DNA of 64,000 bases from NCBI GenBank assembly GCA_002705055.1, contig PAHY01000054.1, forward strand, positions 150 to 64,149. The letters are read 5' to 3'. The position numbers were made by a program, and so were the translations under genes. How positions within the stretch are numbered: the first letter of the stretch is position 1; each line of letters starts with the position of its first letter. Of the stretch, positions 53,916-64,000 are shown piece after piece. The notes under the pieces are model-generated. The model made no database searches and was not told where the DNA came from. It worked only from the letters and a program-made list of their open reading frames with translations. The stretch is from Planctomycetota bacterium. Lineage in GTDB: Bacteria; Planctomycetota; UBA1135.

Positions 53916-56900
53916 ATGTTCGAGCCCGTCAGCCGCGCATACCTGGATGGCCCGGATGCCTTCGAGCGCGAGATCCTTGGCCAATGGGAGGCCGAGGACC
54001 ATCTCGCGTGCACGCTCGAGGCACGCCGGGACGCCGAGCCCTTCGTGTTCTACGAGGGCCCGCCGACCGCGAACGGCAAGCCGGGCATTCACCACGTCTT
54101 CGCGCGCACGCTGAAGGACGCGGTCTGCCGTTTCTGGACCATGCGCGGGCGCAAGGTGCTGCGCAAAGCGGGCTGGGATACCCACGGCCTACCGGTCGAG
54201 CTGGAGGTCGAGAAGCAGCTCGGCATCTCGGGCAAGCCGGACATCGAAAAGCACGGCATCGGCGCCTTCAACGAGGCCTGCCGCAACTCGGTCTTTACCT
54301 ACAAGGGGCTGTGGGAGGAGCTGTCGCAGCGCTCGGGCTATCTGCTCGACTACGACGACCCCTACATCACCTACGACAAGAACTACATCGAGTCGGTGTG
54401 GTTCCTGCTGTCGCGCTTCGCCAAGAACGACCTGCTGTACCGGGGCTCGAAGGTGCTGCCCTGGTGCGGCCGCTGCGGCACCGGCCTGTCCAGCCACGAG
54501 GTGGGGCAGGGCTACCAGGACATCGATGACCCCTCGGTGTGGATCAGCTTCCCGCTGCTCGACGCGCCGGGCGACGCCGCGGGCGCCGCGCTGGTGGGCT
54601 GGACGACCACCCCGTGGACGCTGCCTTCCAACATGGCGACCTGCGTCCATCCCGACTTCGAGTACGCGGTCGTCGAGGCCGAGGGCCAGAAGTTCGTTCT
54701 TCTTGAGAAGAAGGCCGCCGAGGTCTTCGGTGAGGAGGGCTACGCGGTGGTCGGTTCGGTGCGCGGCAGCGAACTGGAAGGCCTCTCCTACGAGCCGCTC
54801 TTCCCCGAGGTGGAGGGGCGCGTGGTGCTCGAGGGCGAGCGCCGTCACGTCGTGCTGGTCGATGACTTCGTCAGCGACGAGGACGGCACCGGCATCGTCC
54901 ACCTGGCGCCCTACGGCGCCGATGACTTCCGCCTCGCGCAGCGCGACGGCGTGCAGGGCACCCTGGCGGTCGGCGAAGAGGCCAAGACCATCGTGCCGAT
55001 CTGCGAGGTCCCGGTGGGCACCTTCTTCCGCGATGCCAACAAGCCGCTGGGCGACGCGCTGAAGGAGCGCGGGCGGCTGGTCAAGCGGCAGCAGTATCGC
55101 CACAGCTACCCGCACTGCTGGCGCTGCGATACCCCGCTGATCTACTTCCCGGCGCCGGCCTGGTTCCTGCGCACCACCAGCTACAAGGACCGCATGGTCG
55201 AGCGCAACGGCAAGATCCGCTGGGCGCCTCCGGAGATCGGCTCGGGTCGCTTCGGCGAATGGCTGGAGAACAACATCGACTGGGCGCTGTCGCGTGACCG
55301 CTACTGGGGCACGCCGTTGCCGGTCTGGATCAACGAGGACGACCCCGAGGATTGGATCTGCGTCGAGAGCTTCGCCGAACTGGCCGAGCTCGCGGGCGGG
55401 CTGCCTGAGGACTTCGATCCGCACCGCCCGGGCGTCGATGCGATCACGTTCCCGACGCCCACTCCGGGCAAGTCGGGCACGATGCGGCGCACCCACGCGG
55501 TGATCGACTGCTGGTTCGACAGCGGGGCCATGCCGTACGCGCAGTACCACTGGCCCTTCGAGAACCGCGAACTGGTGGCCGAGCAGTTCCCGGCCGATTT
55601 CATCTGCGAGGGTCTCGATCAGACCCGCGGCTGGTTCTACACCCTGCACGCCATCTCGACCTTCCTGACCTGCGTCGATGAGCAGCTCTGGGAAGGGGGC
55701 ACGCTGCACGGGCGGCCGCTGCCGCGGCTCGAGGCGGGCTCGGCCTACAAGTCTTGCATGGTCAACGGCCTGCTGCTCGACAAGGACGGGCAGAAGATGT
55801 CGAAGCGTCTCGGCAACACGGTCGACCCGATGGAGGCGATCGCCGAGCACGGGGTCGATTCGATCCGCTGGAGCCTGCTGACCGGCGGCGCCACGCACCT
55901 GAATCGTCGCTACGACGACCGGGTGATCGCCGAAGTGCGCCGGCGCGTGCTGGGCACGATCACGGCCAGTTACGACTTCTACGCGCTCTACGCGCGGACT
56001 GAGGGCTGGGATCCGCAGGCGGAGCGTCCGGCCCGCAGCGAGCGCGAGCCGCTCGACCGCTGGATCCTGTCGCGCACCGCCGCGTGCGCCGAAGAGTGCG
56101 TCTCGGCCTTTGAAGCGCTCGAACCGAGCCGTGCGCTGCGCGCGCTCGAAGGGCTAGTCGTCGACGAACTGTCGAATTGGTACATCCGCCGCAACCGTCG
56201 CCGATTCTGGGATGGTGACGAGCCGGCCTCGCAGGCGGCGGCCTTCGCCACGCTGGACGAAGTGCTTGAGGCGGTAGTGCGCATGCTGGCCCCGGTGGCG
56301 CCCTTCCTGGCCGAAGGCCTGTGGCGACGGATGGGGCGTGGCGATTCGGTGCACCTCAGCGAGTTCCCCGAGCCCGCGGCCGGGCGCGGTGGCTTTGCCG
56401 CGAGCGATCGCGACGAAGCGCTCGAGTCGGCGATGGGGCCGATCCTGCGCGCGGCCAGCCTGGGGCGGGCGGTCCGTGAGCGCGTGCAGATCCGCGTGCG
56501 TCAACCGCTCGGCGAACTGCTCGTGCACATCGGCGGCGAGGCCAAGCTGCCCGCCAGCCCGCGTGCTTACGAGGACGCGCTGCGCGAGGAGCTGAACATC
56601 AAGCAGATCACCTGGATCGAAGGCACCCCGGACTTCCTTCAAGTGCGCGGCAAGGCGAACTTCAAGACGCTGGGGCGGCGTGCCGGCAAGCAGATGAAGG
56701 CGCTCGCGGCGGCGATCACCGAGCTGCCGGCTGAAGAGCTCTTCGCTCTGCAGGCAGGCGCGACGCAGACGCTGGAGGTCGAGGGAGTGAGCTTCGAACT
56801 GAGCGGCGAAGACGTCCTGGTCGAGACCGTGTCGGTGGAGGGGCTGGAGGCCGCCAGCGACGGTCAGGTCACGATTGGTCTGCGCACCGAGCTCACGCCT

Positions 56901-57197
56901 GCACTCGAGCGCGAAGGCCTCGCCCGCGAGATTCTCAACCGCGTGCAGACGCTGCGCAAGGACTCCGGCTTCGAAGTCAGCGATCGGATCGCTTTGCGCG
57001 CCTCAGGGAGCGTCGCACTCGAGCGGGTGCTCGAGGAGCACGGCGCGTGGATCGCCGACGAGGTGCTCGCGCCGGAGGGCCTGCAGTGGTCCGCGTCGCT
57101 GGGCGACGACGCGCGCCGTTACGAACTGCCCCACGACTGCGAGCTGATCCTCGAAATCGAGAAAATCTCCTCGCAAAGCTCGTCGGGAATTGCGTGA
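53916..57197 (+). CDS. ileS: isoleucine--tRNA ligase (type 2)
   Basis: PPTANGKPGIHHV (HIGH), KMSKRLGN (KMSKS), and the editing-domain insertion. 1093 aa. Confidence 0.97.
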   Translation: MFEPVSRAYLDGPDAFEREILGQWEAEDHLACTLEARRDAEPFVFYEGPPTANGKPGIHHVFARTLKDAVCRFWTMRGRKVLRKAGWDTHGLPVELEVEKQLGISGKPDIEKHGIGAFNEACRNSVFTYKGLWEELSQRSGYLLDYDDPYITYDKNYIESVWFLLSRFAKNDLLYRGSKVLPWCGRCGTGLSSHEVGQGYQDIDDPSVWISFPLLDAPGDAAGAALVGWTTTPWTLPSNMATCVHPDFEYAVVEAEGQKFVLLEKKAAEVFGEEGYAVVGSVRGSELEGLSYEPLFPEVEGRVVLEGERRHVVLVDDFVSDEDGTGIVHLAPYGADDFRLAQRDGVQGTLAVGEEAKTIVPICEVPVGTFFRDANKPLGDALKERGRLVKRQQYRHSYPHCWRCDTPLIYFPAPAWFLRTTSYKDRMVERNGKIRWAPPEIGSGRFGEWLENNIDWALSRDRYWGTPLPVWINEDDPEDWICVESFAELAELAGGLPEDFDPHRPGVDAITFPTPTPGKSGTMRRTHAVIDCWFDSGAMPYAQYHWPFENRELVAEQFPADFICEGLDQTRGWFYTLHAISTFLTCVDEQLWEGGTLHGRPLPRLEAGSAYKSCMVNGLLLDKDGQKMSKRLGNTVDPMEAIAEHGVDSIRWSLLTGGATHLNRRYDDRVIAEVRRRVLGTITASYDFYALYARTEGWDPQAERPARSEREPLDRWILSRTAACAEECVSAFEALEPSRALRALEGLVVDELSNWYIRRNRRRFWDGDEPASQAAAFATLDEVLEAVVRMLAPVAPFLAEGLWRRMGRGDSVHLSEFPEPAAGRGGFAASDRDEALESAMGPILRAASLGRAVRERVQIRVRQPLGELLVHIGGEAKLPASPRAYEDALREELNIKQITWIEGTPDFLQVRGKANFKTLGRRAGKQMKALAAAITELPAEELFALQAGATQTLEVEGVSFELSGEDVLVETVSVEGLEAASDGQVTIGLRTELTPALEREGLAREILNRVQTLRKDSGFEVSDRIALRASGSVALERVLEEHGAWIADEVLAPEGLQWSASLGDDARRYELPHDCELILEIEKISSQSSSGIA

Positions 57198-57385
57198 ACC
57201 GTGTCGTTTTCGATGCTAGTTTCTGAGTGTGACCAAGGTGGATCACCGCCGGGGGCACAAGCCGCTGGTCCGATACATTCTTCCAGGGAGCATGACTCCG
57301 CGTCCGGGTAAACCGGCCGGGCTGCGTCCCACCTCGTACGAGGGACCACGCGTCTTCTCCTCCCCGCGGCACCTGGGCCACGACG

Positions 57386-57420
57386 CCCCGCCGGCTTTCG
57401 AGTCGGCGGGGTTCGTTCTT
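57386..57420 (+). terminator. intrinsic terminator with UUCG tetraloop
   Basis: CCCCGCCGGCT-TTCG-AGTCGGCGGGG (11-bp stem with one G.U) followed by TTCGTTCTT. It lies about 190 nt downstream of the ileS stop. Confidence 0.8.
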
Positions 57421-57431
57421 GTACGCGGCGC

Positions 57432-57460
57432 TTGAATCCGGCGCGCCCTCGCGCCAGAAT
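57432..57460 (+). promoter_or_regulatory. candidate sigma-70 promoter of the L,D-transpeptidase gene
   Basis: TTGAAT (57432-57437), 17-nt spacer, CAGAAT (57455-57460). The GTG at 57467 lies 6 nt after the -10 element. Confidence 0.35.
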
Positions 57461-57466
57461 CGCCCC

Positions 57467-58729
57467 GTGGCTTTGCTCGATTCTGTTCGTGTTCTGGGGC
57501 TCGCCGGCCTGGCGGCTCTGATCAGCCTTCCCTCCTGTGGTGGGGGCGAAGAAGGCTCGGAGGAAGCGGCGGTTCTCTCGCTGGATGATCCGCTCGAAGG
57601 CGAAGTCGGCGGCGGCGCCGAGGCCACGCCCACCCCGCCGGTCGAGGCCGAGGTCGAGAGCGCGGCCACGCCCCAGCCTGCGGTCCTCGAAGAGCAGCCG
57701 CCGGTGCAGCCCCAGCCGGCCAGCGCTCGCGGCGGCATGAGCGGCATGAAGGCGCTCGACGCCTGGCACCGCACCCCGCAGCCGGATCGGGCCGATGTCC
57801 TCGATCTCTGCGACGGCGAAACGGCAGCCGCGCTCGCCGACCTCGGCAAGGCCATGAGCGGCGAGACCAAGGCCTATCGCGCCGCCCTGCGCCTGGAGCT
57901 GCCCACCGCCCTGGGAGAGGAGTTCCAGCGCTACGCCCGCGCCTACGCCGACGGCGATGTGGAACAGCTGGCCACCGCGCTGCGTCCGACCCCGGACCCG
58001 TCCCCGGCTTGGATGGTCTGGACCGAAGCCCTGGCCCGGATCGCCATGGATCAGGAGAACGACCGGGTCGGCGGCCCGGCGCTGGGCCGCCTCGTCCAGG
58101 GCATGCTCAATCTGGGCTATAGCCGCGACCAGGTCATGGCGCTGCGGCCGCTCGCTGAGGGCCTGGGCCGTCGGGCGGGCACCTCGATGCCGCACGAGCT
58201 CTACACCGTCGAGAGCGGCGAGGCGATGTACAACGTCCGACTCAAGCTGCGGAAGCAGGGCAAGAAGCTGAATTATCGCTGGATCGCCGAGTTCAACGAC
58301 AAGAGCAACTACAACCTGCGGGTGGGCGAAGAGCTCAAGATCCCCAAGCAGGAGCTCAGCATCGAGGTCTGGCGCGGCGCGCGCGTGACCGTCGTCTTTG
58401 CCGGCGAACGGCCGATTCGCATTTACCCCTGTTCCGTCGGCAAAGAGGGCGAGCCGACCCCGCTGGGCAACTTCACCCTCGAGATCTGCGAGGAGAACCC
58501 GGTCTACTACGGGGTCACCCCACCGGTGCCCTATGGCAACCCAGAAAACCCGCTCGGGGATCGCTGGATGGGCTTCAAGGAGAAGACCTCCTACGGCATT
58601 CACGGCACCAACAGCGAGTCGACCATCGGGACCTACGAGACCGAGGGCTGTGTCCGGATGCACAACAGCGATGTGCGTGATCTCTTTGACCTGGTGCCGG
58701 TGAGCACCCCGGTCACGATTCACGCCTAG
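57467..58729 (+). CDS. LysM-domain L,D-transpeptidase (YkuD family) lipoprotein
   Basis: The track start (TTG 57419) sits in the terminator U-tract. The in-frame GTG at 57467 gives (M)ALLDSVRVLGLAGLAALISLPSC. LysM: YTVESGEAMYNV...LRVGEELKIP. YkuD: YGIHGTN...GCVRMHN. Confidence 0.82.
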   Translation: MALLDSVRVLGLAGLAALISLPSCGGGEEGSEEAAVLSLDDPLEGEVGGGAEATPTPPVEAEVESAATPQPAVLEEQPPVQPQPASARGGMSGMKALDAWHRTPQPDRADVLDLCDGETAAALADLGKAMSGETKAYRAALRLELPTALGEEFQRYARAYADGDVEQLATALRPTPDPSPAWMVWTEALARIAMDQENDRVGGPALGRLVQGMLNLGYSRDQVMALRPLAEGLGRRAGTSMPHELYTVESGEAMYNVRLKLRKQGKKLNYRWIAEFNDKSNYNLRVGEELKIPKQELSIEVWRGARVTVVFAGERPIRIYPCSVGKEGEPTPLGNFTLEICEENPVYYGVTPPVPYGNPENPLGDRWMGFKEKTSYGIHGTNSESTIGTYETEGCVRMHNSDVRDLFDLVPVSTPVTIHA

Positions 58730-59421
58730 GACTCGCCCCGGCGCCGGCTCAGCCAGGTCTGGGCGGCCTGGTGGCTCACGCCGATCGAGGCGATCCACAC
58801 TTCGCCGGCGCAGCGGGGGCCCTGGCCGCATTCCAGCCCCTGTTTCGGCCCGATGTAGCTCAGGGTGGCCGCGGCGGGCGGCACCGGTCCGAGAGCTTCG
58901 CCGCTGTCGGCATCGAGCCCGCTGGGCAGATCGAGAGCGAGGATCGGCGCCTCGAACGCGGCGATCCGCTCCAGGGCAGCGGCCGCCGCTCCCTCGATGG
59001 GGCGGCAGAGGCCGACGCCGAACAGACCGTCCAGAACCCAGGCGGGGCGCAGCTTGCCGGGGAGTTCAGGCGAGTCGATGATCTGCGCGCCGGCGGCGCG
59101 AGCCGTTTCGCGGGCGAGGCCCGCTGCCGAGGAGGAGGGGGCGGGGAGACCGCAGGGGGCCCAGACCACGACCTCCCGCTGGGTGGTACCCACCAAAGCG
59201 CGCGCACAGACCAGGGCATCGCCGCCGTTGTTCCCCGGACCCGCGAGAATCAGCAGGGGGGCAGCTGGGCGCTGCTCCTTCGCGAGCAGTTGCAGCGTCA
59301 GTCGGGCGGTCGCCTGGCCCGCGTTCTCCATCAGGAGCTGCGAAGGAATTCCCAGCTTCTCCTGAAGATGGAGGTCGAAAGCGGCCGATTCCTCCCCGGT
59401 CCAACGCGCTTCCGCGCGCAT
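58726..59421 (-). CDS. NAD(P)H-hydrate epimerase (YjeF N-terminal domain only)
   Basis: LMENAGQA...LAGPGNNGGDALVCAR...VLDGLFGVGL...LDLPSGLDADSG. An alternative start is 59457. The CTAG stop overlaps the convergent ldt gene stop. Confidence 0.8.
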   Translation of the reverse strand: MRAEARWTGEESAAFDLHLQEKLGIPSQLLMENAGQATARLTLQLLAKEQRPAAPLLILAGPGNNGGDALVCARALVGTTQREVVVWAPCGLPAPSSSAAGLARETARAAGAQIIDSPELPGKLRPAWVLDGLFGVGLCRPIEGAAAAALERIAAFEAPILALDLPSGLDADSGEALGPVPPAAATLSYIGPKQGLECGQGPRCAGEVWIASIGVSHQAAQTWLSRRRGES

Positions 59422-59476
59422 CGGCAGGCGAGGGTCGAGAAGACCTGAGAATCTCATGAAAATTGAGGCCGGCTGC

Positions 59477-59504
59477 TTGACCCGCCTCGGCAGGGGCATA
59501 GAAT
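59477..59504 (+). promoter_or_regulatory. candidate rrn promoter P1
   Basis: TTGACC (59477-59482), 16-nt spacer, TAGAAT (59499-59504). Confidence 0.5.
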
Positions 59505-59594
59505 ACTCCGCCGCAGACGCGAGAGCGTCTCGGACAAGCCCGGGCAGGCATCCCCCCGATTCAAGCCCAGGCAAAAAGTTCTCTCGACAGACGC

Positions 59595-59622
59595 TTGACA
59601 GCCGCAACAGGGTCTCTAAACT
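59595..59622 (+). promoter_or_regulatory. candidate rrn promoter P2
   Basis: Consensus TTGACA (59595-59600), 16-nt spacer, TAAACT (59617-59622). About 118 bp downstream of P1. Confidence 0.55.
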
Positions 59623-59693
59623 GTTGGGCCCGTCTGACGGGGACAAACCGAACAATCACGCTGCGTTCGCGCAGCTCAGTTCTCTGAAAACAA

Positions 59694-59711
59694 GGACGAC
59701 CCTGTCGAAAG
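59694..59711 (+). other. 5' strand of the pre-16S processing stem
   Basis: GGACGACCCTGTCGAAAG is the perfect reverse complement of 61450-61467. Confidence 0.8.
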
Positions 59712-59762
59712 AAGAAGAACCAGGGTGCAAACCCAGATCAACAGCCATTGGCTGCAAGATCA

Positions 59763-61344
<1,582 letters not shown>

Positions 61345-61449
61345 TCAGAGGAAAATCTGAGCTTCTCCCTTCGTTGGGAGAAGTACATGCCCGAGGCCGC
61401 TTCGGTGGCTCGAGGGTTCAAAAACAACATCAAGTGCCTGGTTCAGGCG

Positions 61450-61467
61450 CTTTCGACAGGGTCGTCC
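61450..61467 (+). other. 3' strand of the pre-16S processing stem
   Basis: CTTTCGACAGGGTCGTCC pairs perfectly (18 bp) with 59694-59711. Confidence 0.8.
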
Positions 61468-61497
61468 TACCTTTCACTCCACTGAGGAGAGCCTCGT

Positions 61498-61574
61498 GGG
61501 CCGGTAGCTCAGTTGGTTAGAGCGTCCGCCTGATAAGCGGGAGGTCAGAAGTTCAAATCTTCTTCGGCCCACCA
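61498..61574 (+). tRNA. tRNA-Ile (GAU), CCA encoded
   Basis: Cloverleaf folded by hand. Acceptor GGGCCGG/TCGGCCC, anticodon loop CTGATAA, T-arm AGAAG-TTCAAAT-CTTCT, 3' ACCA. Confidence 0.95.
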
Positions 61575-61594
61575 TCTAACCGGTACCGGCAACA

Positions 61595-61670
61595 GGGGGT
61601 GTAGCTCAGTTGGGAGAGCACTAGCTTTGCAAGCTAGGGGTCGTGGGTTCGAACCCCATCGCCTCCACCA
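61595..61670 (+). tRNA. tRNA-Ala (UGC), CCA encoded
   Basis: Acceptor GGGGGTG/CGCCTCC includes the G3:U70 alanine identity pair. Anticodon loop TTTGCAA, T-loop GGTTCGAACCC. Confidence 0.95.
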
Positions 61671-61756
61671 ACCGGTGCTGGCGAGCCTCTCTGTGGAGCT
61701 AACAGGTCATTGAAAATCAGGCAAGAAGTGTGATCGAGAGATCGAGCGCAGAGAAT

Positions 61757-64000
<2,244 letters not shown>

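Noticed and set aside
57198-57420. Identity of the structured region as SRP RNA, tmRNA, RNase P RNA or a riboswitch
   Set aside because: I could not find the conserved cores: the SRP GGAAGCAGC/GNRA apex, the tmRNA tRNA-like ends or tag ORF, or the RNase P GAGGAAAGTCC. A 6S-like assignment is possible but cannot be asserted from the sequence alone.
57229-57435. 68-aa ORF in the ileS-ldt intergenic region
   Set aside because: It has a GTG start without an SD, a Pro/Arg/Gly-rich product, and the strong terminator hairpin (57386-57411) lies inside its 3' end. The region is better explained as RNA structure.

Overview
A 64 kb stretch of a very GC-rich bacterial chromosome. It is densely packed, with many ATGA/GTGA start-stop overlaps. 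I saw no transposase, integrase, phage gene or CRISPR array. All calls come from reading the supplied translations and the DNA by eye; no searches or statistics were run. The 16S rRNA carries PVC/Planctomycetota-like strings (GGCTGCAGTCGAGAATC, GGAATCACTGGGCGTAAAGGG), and the gene content fits that: DUF1080 proteins, a sialate O-acetylesterase, MoxR/DUF58/VWA genes and a HEAT-VWA protein. The taxonomic call is tentative.

Gene order, left to right:
- ECF sigma (partial) / unknown exported protein / YciI operon
- A double-DUF1080 protein
- Two tandem M28 peptidases
- A His-rich FtsX-type ABC module with a ZnuA-like lipoprotein
- A beta-helix/PA14 exoprotein
- A Moco-oxidoreductase / rhodanese / MauE / hydrolase operon
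- An orphan, probably highly expressed secreted protein
- A TetR-OMF-MFP-RND-rhodanese efflux operon
- mutM, upp, and deoC with two ALDH genes and a GST
- A Gly/Arg/Gln-repeat secreted protein
- A seven-gene MoxR-DUF58-VWA (Bat-like) operon ending in a 1210-aa protein
- An esterase / HAD / ribokinase / GH38-like sugar cluster
- A HEAT-VWA protein, FTCD, recQ, two GNATs, ileS, a LysM L,D-transpeptidase and an NAD(P)HX epimerase
- An rrn operon: 16S, tRNA-Ile, tRNA-Ala, 23S (partial)

The best candidates for undescribed biology are:
- The His-rich ABC/ZnuA-like/unknown-membrane-protein module (6212-10316)
- The MoxR-VWA operon with its giant terminal protein (31717-40760)
- The orphan secreted protein locus (15181-16767)
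- A structured, terminator-capped RNA region downstream of ileS (57198-57420)

Many long ORFs in the track are antisense or out-of-frame artefacts of the high GC content and were rejected.
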